DNA from: Prevotella sp. UBA2850
Lineage (GTDB): Bacteria > Bacteroidota > Bacteroidia > Bacteroidales > Bacteroidaceae
DNA: 64,000 bases
NCBI GenBank assembly: GCA_002350805.1
Contig: DEFO01000012.1
Coordinates: forward strand, 14,455 to 78,454
Direction: 5' to 3'
A model generated the notes under the pieces. The model saw only the letters and a program-made list of their open reading frames with translations, was not told the DNA's origin and searched no databases. A program made the translations under genes and the position numbers. Of the stretch, positions 49,363-60,245 are shown piece by piece. Position 1 is the stretch's first letter, and the number at the start of each line of letters is the position of its first letter.

Positions 49363-49397
49363 AAGCCAGTGTTGCAACTCGCGACACTGGCTTTTTT
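49363..49397 (+). terminator. Intrinsic terminator of the SusC/D operon
   Basis: AAGCCAGTGTTGC..GCGACACTGGCTT followed by T-run. Confidence 0.85.
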
Positions 49398-49466
49398 CTA
49401 TAAAAAACATTTTGCCATGTCGGGAATAAAATGTATTTTTGCATGGAAACAATCAAAAGAATAACG

Positions 49467-49919
49467 ATGAGCAGTGATATCAAGCTTACCATCTACCGTG
49501 CCGACACTAGTTCGCACGTGCCCATTCCATTGGCTACTGCCAGCGTGAAAGCCGGTTTCCCATCGCCAGCCCAAGACTACATGAGCGAGGACATCGACTT
49601 GAACGAAGTGCTCGTGAAAAACCGCGAGGCTACATTCTATGTGCGCATCTCGGGCGACTCGATGACTGAGGCAGGCATCATGGACGGCGACCTGGCTGTC
49701 GTCGACAAGGCCATTGAAGCAAAAGACGGCGACTTCGTGGTGGCTTTCATCGACGGCGACTTCACCATCAAGCAGTTCCGCATCGACAAAAGCGGACAGT
49801 ACGGATGGCTGGTGCCGTGGAACGAGCATTATCCTAAAATCATGGTCAACGAGGAAAACAACTTCATCATCTGGGGAGTAGTAACATACGTGATACATGC
49901 AATACTTCGGCATAGCTGA
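49467..49919 (+). CDS. umuD: UmuD (S24 autopeptidase)
   Basis: AGFPSPA cleavage site, GDSM, FTIK; start could be 49443. Confidence 0.9.
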   Translation: MSSDIKLTIYRADTSSHVPIPLATASVKAGFPSPAQDYMSEDIDLNEVLVKNREATFYVRISGDSMTEAGIMDGDLAVVDKAIEAKDGDFVVAFIDGDFTIKQFRIDKSGQYGWLVPWNEHYPKIMVNEENNFIIWGVVTYVIHAILRHS

Positions 49920-51177
49920 CTGCAACAATTTCTATTGCTCGTGCGAGCGGGTGTTCCGCCCCGATCTGCGCGAGCGGCCCGTCGTGGTGCTGAGCAACAA
50001 CGACGGTTGCATCATTGCGCGCTCTGAGGAAGCCAAGGCACTGGGCATTGCCATGGGAACGCCTTTCTATCAGGCTAAAGCAATGCTTGAGACGCATGGA
50101 GCAGCCGTTTTCAGCAGCAATTACACACTCTACGGCTCGATGTCAGCCCGTGTGATGTCGCTGCTCTCACAATACACGCCCAAGCTGCAAATCTATTCCA
50201 TCGACGAGGCTTTCCTGCTACTGAGCGACGACCACAACCATCACCTCAAACAGGAGGGTGAGCAGATGGCCGCCCGCATCTACAAATCGACGGGAATCCC
50301 CATCTCAGTGGGCATCGCCCCCACCAAGACACTGGCAAAGATGGCCAGCAAATTCGCAAAGAAGTATCCAGGGTACAAGCGTTGCTGCCTGATCGACACT
50401 GACGAGAAGCGACTGAAGGCCCTACAGCTGTTCCGCATCGACGACGTATGGGGCATTGGCAGGCAGATACGGCGCCAACTGGAATACCACGGCATTCACA
50501 CTGCTGCCGACTTTGCCGCCAAGAAAGAGAGCTGGGTGCGCAGCAAATTCAATGTCACTACCCTGCGCACCTGGAAAGAGCTGAACGGCATCAGCTGCAT
50601 CGATGTGGAAGACCTGCCCTGGAAAAAGTCCATCTGTACCAGCCGTAGCTTTGCCCATCAAGGCATCACCGATGCCATTGTGCTGGAAGAGGCGGTAGCC
50701 AACTTTGCATCCATGTGTGCAACGAAGCTGCGCAAGCAGCGGTGCTGCTGCCAGAGTGTGACGGTGTTTGCCCATACCAGCCGTTTCCGTACCGATGTGC
50801 CCTGCGACATGATTCATGCGACCATGACGCTGACCGTCCCCACGCAGGCCAATGCCGAGATCATCAATGCGGCACTCACCGTGCTCAGAAAAAACATGCG
50901 CCGCAACGAAGGCAAGCCCTTCGCCTATAAGAAGGCGGGGGTCATTCTGTGGAATATCACACCGCAAAGCGCCATCCAGCAAGACCTTTTCGACCCTACA
51001 GACCGCCAACGGCAGGCTGCACTGACCAAGGCCATCGACGAGATCAACCGCAAAAACGGCTACAACACCGTACGGCTGGCCTCACAAGGCACCGACATCC
51101 GCTTCGGCCTGTTGCGCGAGCACATCTCAAAAAATTTCACCACCAACATCAACGATGTGCTGGTGGCGAAAGTATAA
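49897..51177 (+). CDS. umuC: UmuC Y-family DNA polymerase
   Basis: DCNNFYCSCE, SNNDGC, YSIDE, YKKAGV. Confidence 0.93.
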   Translation: MQYFGIADCNNFYCSCERVFRPDLRERPVVVLSNNDGCIIARSEEAKALGIAMGTPFYQAKAMLETHGAAVFSSNYTLYGSMSARVMSLLSQYTPKLQIYSIDEAFLLLSDDHNHHLKQEGEQMAARIYKSTGIPISVGIAPTKTLAKMASKFAKKYPGYKRCCLIDTDEKRLKALQLFRIDDVWGIGRQIRRQLEYHGIHTAADFAAKKESWVRSKFNVTTLRTWKELNGISCIDVEDLPWKKSICTSRSFAHQGITDAIVLEEAVANFASMCATKLRKQRCCCQSVTVFAHTSRFRTDVPCDMIHATMTLTVPTQANAEIINAALTVLRKNMRRNEGKPFAYKKAGVILWNITPQSAIQQDLFDPTDRQRQAALTKAIDEINRKNGYNTVRLASQGTDIRFGLLREHISKNFTTNINDVLVAKV

Positions 51178-51270
51178 TTCTGAAACAACTAGCTATTATA
51201 CTAGTATCGTTATTTTACAAGTATACTAGTTCTACCAAAATAACTGGTTTAACCTGATAGAAAGCCATTC

Positions 51271-52557
51271 TTACTCTTTCTCTTCCTTCTTTCCAAACTG
51301 TGGGTCAATCTTCAGGAAGGCTGTCACCAAGAAGGTGATTGCACAGCAGAACATCACGATGACAAAGAAGGTGCTGTAGCCAACGGCATCTTTCAGCCAT
51401 CCCGACACCATGCCCGGAAGCATCAGTCCCAAGTAAGAAAGGCCGGTGCAGATGGCATAGTGTGAGGTCTTAAACTCGCCCTGGCTGATGTAGAGCATAT
51501 AGAGCGTCAGGGCCGTGAAGCCTAGTCCGTAGCCAAACTGCTCGATAAACAACAGGGCACTGACGACAAACAGGTTATGAGGGAAGGCATAACTCATGTA
51601 GACATACACTATGTCGGGCAAGGTAATGGCTACCACAAACCACCACAACCAGCGTTTCAGTCCGTCGCGGCTGGCCAGCATACCGCCCACAATGCCTCCG
51701 AGCAGCAGGCCGATGAGCCCCACGGTGCCATAAGCCAGTCCGTATTCTTGCGGCGACAGTCCCAGTCCGCCTTCCGACCCCGGACGCATCAAGAACGTGC
51801 TGGCCATCTTGGTGAGCATAGCCTCGGGGAAGCGGTAGAACAGCAGGAACAGCAGTACGAATACCATCTCACGCCAAGGCAGTTTGGTGAAGAACGATGT
51901 CAGCGACTGCCACACGCCCTGTGCCACCTCGCCCACACTCATATTCTTATTGCTGCGGTCGGCAGGATGCGGCATGATGAAGCTGTGATAGAGCCACATG
52001 GCAATAAAGATGCCAGCCAGCCCGTAGAACACCAGGCTCCAGGTATAGGCCTTTTGGTTGCGGAACATCAGCTGCAGCATGCCTGCCACGGGGACAAGCA
52101 CACCCTGTCCAAAGATGACGGCAATGCGATAGAACGTGTTGCGGATGCCCACAAACCATGCCTGGTTGTGGCTGTCGAGCTCCAGCATATAAAAGCCGTC
52201 GGCTGCAATGTCGTGGGTGGCGCTCGAGAAGGCCATCAGGAAGAAGAAGAACATCGTGCCTTGGAACCAGAAACTGGCATTCAGCGTGAAAGCCACACCC
52301 GCCAACGACGAGCCAAGCAACAACTGCATAGCCAGCACCCACCAGCGCTTGGTCTTATACAAATCGACAAACGGGCTCCACAGGGGCTTGATGACCCAAG
52401 GCAAGCCGAGCCAGCTGGTGTATAGTCCTATTTCTGTGTCGGTCATGCCGAGTTGCATATACATCACTACGGCCACAGTCATGACAACCACATTGGGCAG
52501 TCCCTCGGCAAAATAGAGCGACGGCACCCATGTCCACGGTGATTTGAAGTTCTTCAT
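51271..52557 (-). CDS. AmpG-like MFS permease
   Basis: YFAEGLP, KPLWSPFVD, SATHDIAADG. Confidence 0.88.
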   Translation of the reverse strand: MKNFKSPWTWVPSLYFAEGLPNVVVMTVAVVMYMQLGMTDTEIGLYTSWLGLPWVIKPLWSPFVDLYKTKRWWVLAMQLLLGSSLAGVAFTLNASFWFQGTMFFFFLMAFSSATHDIAADGFYMLELDSHNQAWFVGIRNTFYRIAVIFGQGVLVPVAGMLQLMFRNQKAYTWSLVFYGLAGIFIAMWLYHSFIMPHPADRSNKNMSVGEVAQGVWQSLTSFFTKLPWREMVFVLLFLLFYRFPEAMLTKMASTFLMRPGSEGGLGLSPQEYGLAYGTVGLIGLLLGGIVGGMLASRDGLKRWLWWFVVAITLPDIVYVYMSYAFPHNLFVVSALLFIEQFGYGLGFTALTLYMLYISQGEFKTSHYAICTGLSYLGLMLPGMVSGWLKDAVGYSTFFVIVMFCCAITFLVTAFLKIDPQFGKKEEKE

Positions 52558-55500
52558 TTATTTATAGATTTTCTTGATTTCTGTATGACGATAGTAATGA
52601 TAGAGTATCTCGTCGTATTTATACCCTTGGTTTCCCATCACGGCAGCACCAATCTGGCAGAGGCCTACTCCATGTCCCCAGCCTTTGCCGTAAAGGATGA
52701 AATGGCCCTTACGCTTCACCACATCGAAAGCACTGCTCATCAAGTGGCTCTCACTCAAGGCGCGCCTGATCTCCAATTCCTTGCCAATGGTGAACGAGCG
52801 TTTCGTACCCACAATCTTCAGTTTCCAGATGCGCCCGCTCTTGCCGCGCTCCAGCGGAACCAGGTCGGTAATGTCGCCCAGGTCGAGCTTCAACTTCTCG
52901 TTCACAATGCGGCTCAACTCCTCTTGCGTGTAGTCCACCGTCCAACTGTAGAAGTCGGTTGTCTCCTGATCGTAATCGTTCAGCACTTGGGCGATGACGT
53001 TCGGGTCGTTGGTGTTGCAGAAGGGGTCTTTCACCGACACGAGATAGGGCTTGGGCGTGTCTTCCCAGCAATACTGAAACTCCTCGGTGATGCCTCCGCA
53101 GCATTTACTGAAGCGTGCGTCGCAAATCTCATCGCCCGACAAGAGAATCTGACCGCGGGTGGCCCGTATGGCATCCACTACGTGCCGATTGTTAGCCTTC
53201 GTGATGCCTTGGTAGCGCTGGCAGTGGTCGTCGGCACAGACATCGAAGATGGTATGATCCTCTCGGTCGTACCAGCGTATCAGCTCGTCGTCTTTCCTCA
53301 CAAACGAGAAGAATCCCGAGGTACCTCCCTGCAACTGCTGGCGCTTCACCATCTGGGCGAGCAGCCATGAGCGCGAGATGACGGCATGGGCCTTGAGCAG
53401 CTCTGGACTCGACGTGGCTTTCATCTCGCTAGAGATGACGCTGGTGAGATACTGCTCGACGGGCAGCAGGTTGATAGCACAAATCTTATCGGCCTCAACC
53501 ACCAACTTCAGCGTGCCGAGGAACGTCTGTGTCTCCTTCCGTTCCCAATGGAAATGCACGCCAATGGTGACGTCGGAGAGCGAGAACGAGGCGTCGGCCG
53601 CCTGAGGAGTGAACGTCAGCTCGCGATACTGACTGCCATTCCACAGAATGCCTCCCTCGGAGAACTCCACCGTCTGTTCGCCCTCTATCGTGGCACCCTT
53701 GGCCATGTAAGGTTTGTTGAGTGTGAAGTGAATCTGTTGTGCACTCACGATACCCACCGACACGTCGGGTTCCCGCTTATATTGGGCGAGGGCGGCAGGC
53801 AACTGCGAAGCATCTTTCTTCTCGTCGCCACGGGCACTGAGCATGGCAATGACAGCCTTCACCGAACTATCATCGAGGCTTACCTCACGCAGTATCTCAT
53901 CAGCCCGCTCGGCGGTAAGCCGCTCATAATCCTCACGTCGGGGCAGGATGATGAGACCGGCCATATCGAGGGCTCCCGGCGAGACAAGCATCTTGCACTC
54001 GCCCTCAGCATAGTAACAGTCGGGACGGTGTTTCTGGCGTGGGAACACCACCAGCAGATACTCGTCGTGCTGGCGCCACGCCACAATGTTCATCATGGGT
54101 TCATCAGCATCGGTGTGCATCTGTTCCAAGGCCTTGTAAAGACGAAGGAAGAGTGACTTGCCGGTGTCGGTATTCTTGCTGCGCACGGCAAAGGCCGGGC
54201 ACACATAGTCGGACACGAAAAAGATGCCTTCGTCGTCGGCCACGGTGGCAACGGGAGTCAGCGAACGACTCAACCGCTGCCAGCCTGTCTGCAGGGGCAG
54301 CATGCCATTCGTTCCTGCCTGTAGATGCAGGTGGTCGGGGGCGCTGGCACCGCACTTCGGACCATTGTAGAACACCATCAGACTGGGATAGAGCGACAAC
54401 AGCTTATAAATCTCGGCATAGGCGTCGGCAATGCGTTGCGGCTGATGACGGCGCGATGGGATGGTATAGTGGACGGGCAGTATGGGATATGGGTTCACCA
54501 ACAACTCGTAGCGCCCGTCTATCTCTTTCACAATCTGCTGTGCAGGGCGGTTCTGTGAACACAGGAAACAGGGTCGCTCGGCAATCGACTGGCGGTCGAT
54601 TTTAGCACCTGTAGACACGATACGTGCTGCATTGAACTGTGCCTTCAGGTAGTCGCCCAGCTCTTTGGTCTCCACCATCTGCAAGTCGCGGTAGTGCTGG
54701 CGCGCATCGTCCCACTTTTCCAGCTGGCGGTTGAAGAACCGGTCGAGCGCATCGCTCTGCTCTGCCTGCTGACTGTCAGTCGAGGCATGAGAGGCCAGCG
54801 TTGCCTGCTGCAAGGCGTTTTGCCGCTGGCGTGCACGTATCTCCATCGTGCGTAGCCGGTCTTTATACAGGTTGTTGGCATTCACCTTCTCCACCGAGAG
54901 GGCAGCATCGCTGTTGCCTCCCCACCGGCGGCAGAGATACAACTCGCTGAAAATGCGGCCGATGCGGTATTTGCGGCTGAAAACCAGTCCCATGGCATAG
55001 TCTTCGCCATAGCTGGTGTTGGGGAATTGTATCTGGCGGGCCAGCGGCGTGAAGAAGGCTCGCGGAGCTCCCAGTCCGTTGATACGCAGGGCATTGTTGG
55101 GACCGTTCGTATCGGTCCACTCAGCATGGTCGATCAGTCCTGGCGGCAGGGTTTGCAGGTTGAAGTCGCACATGCGGTACGAGCCAATGACCATGGCGGC
55201 TCTCTGCTTGCGGAAGGTGCTCACGATTTGCTGCAGAGTATTGGGAGAACTATAGAGGTCGTCGCTGTCCAACTGGACGGCAAACCGTCCGCAGCGGTCG
55301 TCGTTGATCGCCTCGTTCCAACAGCCTCCGATGCCTAGGTCGGTGCGCTGCGGAATGATATGGACAAGCGTCTCGCAGGCCATCTCGCGCAGGATGTCGG
55401 TGGTACGGTCGGTAGAGTGATTGTCCACCACGATGACATTATAGGCAAAGGTGGTCTTCTGTGCCAGGGCACTCCTCACAGCGTCGGCAATGGTCTTCTC

Positions 55501-56277
55501 ACGATTGTAGACGGGTATGACTACCGAGGCCTCGCACGGGAACTGCTGCTCGCCGAAGTCGGGGTCGCCATAGCGCATGGTATCCACCAAGGCACCTATC
55601 TCGCCGAGATGACGGGTAGCCACCTGCTCCATCTCGAGCTGTGCCTCACGGTTGCGCGGGTCCACATAGTCGAACTGCCGCTCTCCGCTGGCGCGCAGAT
55701 CGTACTCCTCCTCGGTGTAAAGCAGCTCGTTCAGATGGAACAGCTCACCCTTGCGACTCAAGAAGAGACGCAGATCATACCAGCCTGCGAAGCGCCAGTC
55801 GGCCTGAAGCTGGCGGGCATACTCGCGCAGCCATTCGCTCTTGATGAGCACCACCGAGCCAAAGTCGAAGTCATCGCGGATACTACCCACTTGATAATCA
55901 ATCACGGGATGGCGCTCCACCACACCTGCTTTTCGCTCACAGCGGTCGGCATACACCATGGCGGCACCCGTTTCACGGGCAGCCCGAAGCATGCGCTCCA
56001 GCGTCGACGGTCCCCATGCAATGGGAGTGGTCTTCAAGCAGAAAAGGGCATATTCAGCATCGGCATGAGCTGCCATGCCTGTCATTGCCGCCGACGACAG
56101 CAGGCCGTCGGTCACCACAAACGTGGTATTCTCGGGAGGCGTGTGCGTTGCGGCAAATGCCTGCGTCACCATCAGACAGATGTGCTGCACCGTCTTATGG
56201 TCGCGCAGGGGAGCCAGCGTCTGCTCCACCGCATCTATATCATTACAAGGCAAAAAGCAATCAATGCGTTCTCTCAT
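52558..56277 (-). CDS. Fusion: GT2 glycosyltransferase - DUF4922 (HIT-like HxHxQ) - SpoIID/LytB domain
   Basis: VVIPVYN, VDNHSTD, LDSDD, GEDY; [19 protein letters not shown]; [30 protein letters not shown]. Confidence 0.88.
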   Translation of the reverse strand: MRERIDCFLPCNDIDAVEQTLAPLRDHKTVQHICLMVTQAFAATHTPPENTTFVVTDGLLSSAAMTGMAAHADAEYALFCLKTTPIAWGPSTLERMLRAARETGAAMVYADRCERKAGVVERHPVIDYQVGSIRDDFDFGSVVLIKSEWLREYARQLQADWRFAGWYDLRLFLSRKGELFHLNELLYTEEEYDLRASGERQFDYVDPRNREAQLEMEQVATRHLGEIGALVDTMRYGDPDFGEQQFPCEASVVIPVYNREKTIADAVRSALAQKTTFAYNVIVVDNHSTDRTTDILREMACETLVHIIPQRTDLGIGGCWNEAINDDRCGRFAVQLDSDDLYSSPNTLQQIVSTFRKQRAAMVIGSYRMCDFNLQTLPPGLIDHAEWTDTNGPNNALRINGLGAPRAFFTPLARQIQFPNTSYGEDYAMGLVFSRKYRIGRIFSELYLCRRWGGNSDAALSVEKVNANNLYKDRLRTMEIRARQRQNALQQATLASHASTDSQQAEQSDALDRFFNRQLEKWDDARQHYRDLQMVETKELGDYLKAQFNAARIVSTGAKIDRQSIAERPCFLCSQNRPAQQIVKEIDGRYELLVNPYPILPVHYTIPSRRHQPQRIADAYAEIYKLLSLYPSLMVFYNGPKCGASAPDHLHLQAGTNGMLPLQTGWQRLSRSLTPVATVADDEGIFFVSDYVCPAFAVRSKNTDTGKSLFLRLYKALEQMHTDADEPMMNIVAWRQHDEYLLVVFPRQKHRPDCYYAEGECKMLVSPGALDMAGLIILPRREDYERLTAERADEILREVSLDDSSVKAVIAMLSARGDEKKDASQLPAALAQYKREPDVSVGIVSAQQIHFTLNKPYMAKGATIEGEQTVEFSEGGILWNGSQYRELTFTPQAADASFSLSDVTIGVHFHWERKETQTFLGTLKLVVEADKICAINLLPVEQYLTSVISSEMKATSSPELLKAHAVISRSWLLAQMVKRQQLQGGTSGFFSFVRKDDELIRWYDREDHTIFDVCADDHCQRYQGITKANNRHVVDAIRATRGQILLSGDEICDARFSKCCGGITEEFQYCWEDTPKPYLVSVKDPFCNTNDPNVIAQVLNDYDQETTDFYSWTVDYTQEELSRIVNEKLKLDLGDITDLVPLERGKSGRIWKLKIVGTKRSFTIGKELEIRRALSESHLMSSAFDVVKRKGHFILYGKGWGHGVGLCQIGAAVMGNQGYKYDEILYHYYRHTEIKKIYK

Positions 56278-56541
56278 ACGTATGTATTATAAATGGTATT
56301 TCGTTTCTTTGTGCAAAATTACAAAAAATCTGACGAAGAGAGAAAGAATGAGACTTGTTTCTTTCGCTTGCCACCAAGAAATTAGCGAAATCGCACGTTT
56401 TATCGCCCGCCTCAGCCGCTCTGCGATGTGCGGCTGAAATGTGAATCTATGTTTTTTGGGAGCTGCCTGCGAAGTCCATACAGACATTCTTCCATGCCAG
56501 ACCTTGCTGTTTACCCCATCCGAAATGGAGTCGCAGACGCC

Positions 56542-56635
56542 GAAGGCTATTCTGCTCTGCTAATGATGCCCTCTGCGTTTCCAGAAGGCTACTCTGCATT
56601 TCTAGAGGGCTACTCTGCGGTCGTAGAGCAGCCCT
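56542..56635. repeat. Degenerate 21-bp tandem array
   Basis: GA(A/G)GGCTA(T/C)TCTGC at 56542, 56584, 56605 with a degenerate unit between. Confidence 0.75.
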
Positions 56636-56804
56636 CCAGAAACACACGCCGCGCAAATGAAGTGAGAGGCGAAGCGAAGATACGGGAATTTTGCGCATTT
56701 ACTTGGCGAGCTGGAGGAAAATATGTATTTTTGCAAAGCCTTCTGCTGCCATCTTTGTGGACAGCAAACAACGGAAAGCCACTAATATAATAAGGTATAT
56801 AGAT

Positions 56805-57359
56805 ATGACTGAGAAAGAAAAGATGCTGGCAGGACAGATTTATTCTGCCACAGACCCTCAACTGCTGGAAGAACTAGCAGCCGCCAGAGAGGTGATTCAC
56901 GACTTCAACCGGCTGCGCCCTTCGGAGCACGAGAGAAAGATGGAACTGCTGAAAGTTCTGCTGGGACATATCGGCGACGACCAGATCATCGTCAACCAGC
57001 CTTTCCACTGCGACTATGGAAAACAGATTCGTGTGGGACGGCGCTTTTTTGCCAACTTCAACTTCACCGTGCTCGACGAAGCGAGCGTCACCATCGGCGA
57101 CGACTGTTTCATCGGTCCTAATGTGAGCATCTATACAGCCTGCCACAGCACCGACCCCATAGAGCGCAACAGCCGCCAGGAATGGGCAAAGCCTGTGACC
57201 ATCGGCGACAACGTGTGGATTGGCGGAAGCGTAACCATCCTGCCGGGTGTGACCATCGGCGACAATGTAACCATTGGTGCCGGGTCGGTGGTGGTAGCCG
57301 ACATTCCCTCCAACTGTGTGGCAGTAGGCAATCCGTGCAAGGTGGTGAGGCAATTGTGA
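56805..57359 (+). CDS. Sugar (maltose-type) O-acetyltransferase
   Basis: MTEKEKMLAG, PFHCDYG, hexapeptide repeats, GNPC. Confidence 0.92.
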   Translation: MTEKEKMLAGQIYSATDPQLLEELAAAREVIHDFNRLRPSEHERKMELLKVLLGHIGDDQIIVNQPFHCDYGKQIRVGRRFFANFNFTVLDEASVTIGDDCFIGPNVSIYTACHSTDPIERNSRQEWAKPVTIGDNVWIGGSVTILPGVTIGDNVTIGAGSVVVADIPSNCVAVGNPCKVVRQL

Positions 57360-57424
57360 GCGGGAGCAACGGGCGCCATTATGCGCTGGTCAACCAACCG
57401 ACGAGAACATCATCTTCAGCCTTT

Positions 57425-58240
57425 TCAGGGGTCGACTCTCTGGCCCAACATCTTGCGCAAATGCGTGTCAAGGATATGGAACGAGGGCTCAACCATGCCT
57501 CCGTGACCGTGGCCGTCTATCTCGTATAAATAGGTCTGCTGATGCCCCACGAGTTCCATCATCCGTGCCAGGTACTGGTTCTCATCGTAACGGCCGTAAA
57601 GCTCGAGCTCTCTGTCGCCACAAATCAGCACCAGAGGAGGACAATCCTTGCGCACCCAATAGATGGGAGCATACTCATCGATGGTCACTTGCAAGGGAGA
57701 CAGACCCTGCATCTTACGGACATTATAGTGGGTGACGGCCTGCCCGCTGAAGGGCACATACATCATCACATCATCCGCATCGACAGAATAGGCGTTGAGC
57801 CACGCTTTGTTCAGACAAAGCATCATCGAGATGTAACCGCCTGCCGAATGACCCGTCACAACGATTTTCTTCGGGTCACCGCCATAGGCTGAGATATGGC
57901 GGAACACCCATGCCACAGCCTCGGCAGCATCGTCAAGCGTCTCACGAACAGTCACCTTGGGCAGCAGCCGGTAGTTGACGCCCACCACCACGAGGCCTTT
58001 CTCCTTCAGACGCTGGGGAATCTCTTTGCTGCCGGCTTCCAGACCTCCACCATGAAACCATACAACAACCGGACAGTTGCTCACATGCTCGGGGTAATAA
58101 ACGTCGAGTTTCAAACGTTCCACCGAATAGGCATCCTGCTTGGTGGTATAACTGATATCATTTACTTGCTTGTAGCTCTGGGCGAAAACGCCTAGAGCCA
58201 TAAGGCAGAAACACACGAAAGAGAAAACTCTTTTATTCAT
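57425..58240 (-). CDS. Exported alpha/beta hydrolase (HSL-like esterase)
   Basis: Signal peptide, HGGG, NYRL, GHSAGG. Confidence 0.88.
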   Translation of the reverse strand: MNKRVFSFVCFCLMALGVFAQSYKQVNDISYTTKQDAYSVERLKLDVYYPEHVSNCPVVVWFHGGGLEAGSKEIPQRLKEKGLVVVGVNYRLLPKVTVRETLDDAAEAVAWVFRHISAYGGDPKKIVVTGHSAGGYISMMLCLNKAWLNAYSVDADDVMMYVPFSGQAVTHYNVRKMQGLSPLQVTIDEYAPIYWVRKDCPPLVLICGDRELELYGRYDENQYLARMMELVGHQQTYLYEIDGHGHGGMVEPSFHILDTHLRKMLGQRVDP

Positions 58241-58641
58241 ATCTCTTGAGTTTATTGTTAAGGCAAATTGTTATTATTTTGAGTGACCACAGGCTTGCAC
58301 ATTGGCACGAGCATCTGGTCGCTACGGGTCAACTATCATGCTTTTGGCGGTTTCCTGGCTTCTTTGCTCTTTCTTTCAGTGCAATAGAAAAGCAGCATAG
58401 TCCATGCGGCCATGAATAAGCACAATCCGAGAACCTTAATATAATAAACGACTGAAACTGAAGATTGTTGTAAAAGGCGAACCCAAAATTTTAAACGTTT
58501 TTTATTAGCCATCGGGCAAATGAAAGGATGACAGAGGGAGGTGGCTGTCATTTTTTAGGCGAAACAGGCATTTTATTCATGAATATTTATTATCTTTGTG
58601 GCAAATATTCTTGCACTTGAAAAACAAAGGAGGATATCATC

Positions 58642-60189
58642 ATGAGAGCGCTATGGTTGATGATTGCATCTGCGAAATGGTTTTACACTGCTTTAATGAT
58701 TACGATGATGAATATGAATTGCAACGACAACAAAACAATGGCACCTGTCGTCAGACCAGCCACTCAGGCCGGACGATTCTACGACGGCAATGCGCATGCA
58801 CTCACACAGAATGTTGACAGTCTGTTGGCCAGACATGCCAACGACAGTACTTATCAGCGATTGGCGGCACTCATCGTGCCCCACGCCGGCCACTATTTCT
58901 CAGGCAATGTGGCTGCCGCGGCTTACATGTCGATACCTGCCGGAAAACAATACAAACGCATTTTCCTCATTGGGCCCAGCCATTATGAATGGCTTGATGG
59001 CGCCTCAGTGAACAATGAGGCCGACTACTATGCCACACCACTTGGCCAGGTCGCCGTCGACCGTGAGACGGCCGATCAGCTGATCTGCGCCGACAGTGTG
59101 TTCGGCTGTTACCCCAAAGCACACGACCGTGAGCACTGCCTGGAGGTGCAACTGCCTTTCTTGCAGCGCCGGATGGGCGATATGCCTCCCATCGTACCCA
59201 TCATCGTATCGACCAACGACTATGCGAAACTTCAGCGGATGGCCGATGTGCTGCGCCCTTACCTGAACGACGACAATCTGTTTGTCATCAGCAGCGATTT
59301 CTCACACTACCCAAGGTATGAAGACGCCCGGAAAGTAGACGCCAAGACGGCAGAGGCAATCATGACGGGCGATGTAAGCACCTTCATCGCAACATTGGAA
59401 GAAAACAGCAGGAGCGGCATGAACAACTTGCAAACCAGCGCATGCGGGGAGTTCCCCATCATCGTGCTCATGCTGATGCTCGACAACAACTACCAGATTC
59501 ACCACCTGCTCTACCAGAACTCGGGCGATATTGACAGCCAAAGCCGGAACCGGGTGGTGGGCTATCATGCATTTGCCATTGAAAGATCAAAGCATCATGC
59601 TATTCAGAAGAAACCTGCCGACAACACCCGGCAGCAAGGCTCTGTTGCCTTTACCCTGAGCAGTAAAGAACAACAGCTGCTGAGAGAGATTGCCCGCGAG
59701 AGCATTGTTGCAGCCGTCAACGGCAAAAAGACTGCTGACATGCCCAACACAGAAAAGTATCCCACGCTTCAGCAGAAATGCGGTGCCTTTGTCACACTCA
59801 CCCAGCACGGGAGGCTGCGCGGATGCATCGGACTGCTCAGTGGCAGCTTGCCGCTGCACGAGACCGTTCGCCGCATGGCACGGGCTGCCGCTTTGGAAGA
59901 CCCTCGTTTCAACCCTCTGCGCCGTGAAGAACTCGACGATACCGACATCGAGATCTCGGTCATCACACCTATGCAACGCATCCACAGCCTTGACGAACTG
60001 GAGTTGCACCGTCATGGCATCTTCATCAAGAAAGGAAACCGTAGCGGCACCTTCCTGCCACAAGTGGCCGACGAGGTGGACTGGACGAAAGAAGAGTTTG
60101 TGGGGCATTGCTCACGCGACAAAGCTGGACTGGGTTGGGACGGCTGGCGCGACGCTGAACTGTATGTTTACGAGGCTATCGTTTTCTAA
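58642..60189 (+). CDS. AmmeMemoRadiSam protein B (MEMO1) - protein A (AMMECR1) fusion
   Basis: AGRFY, VPHAG, GPSH, EHCLEVQLPF, SSDFSHY, ACG; GAFVTL, LRGCIG, DPRF, TFLPQV. Confidence 0.92.
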   Translation: MRALWLMIASAKWFYTALMITMMNMNCNDNKTMAPVVRPATQAGRFYDGNAHALTQNVDSLLARHANDSTYQRLAALIVPHAGHYFSGNVAAAAYMSIPAGKQYKRIFLIGPSHYEWLDGASVNNEADYYATPLGQVAVDRETADQLICADSVFGCYPKAHDREHCLEVQLPFLQRRMGDMPPIVPIIVSTNDYAKLQRMADVLRPYLNDDNLFVISSDFSHYPRYEDARKVDAKTAEAIMTGDVSTFIATLEENSRSGMNNLQTSACGEFPIIVLMLMLDNNYQIHHLLYQNSGDIDSQSRNRVVGYHAFAIERSKHHAIQKKPADNTRQQGSVAFTLSSKEQQLLREIARESIVAAVNGKKTADMPNTEKYPTLQQKCGAFVTLTQHGRLRGCIGLLSGSLPLHETVRRMARAAALEDPRFNPLRREELDDTDIEISVITPMQRIHSLDELELHRHGIFIKKGNRSGTFLPQVADEVDWTKEEFVGHCSRDKAGLGWDGWRDAELYVYEAIVF

Positions 60190-60245
60190 TTGAAAAGCAA
60201 TAAGTGGTAAGTGTATGATGAAACCTGAAAAGAGAGGGAACACAG

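Noticed and set aside
49400-51177. umuDC as marker of an ICE or prophage
   Set aside because: No conjugation, phage or recombinase genes nearby, and host-like codon usage; no SOS box recognised.
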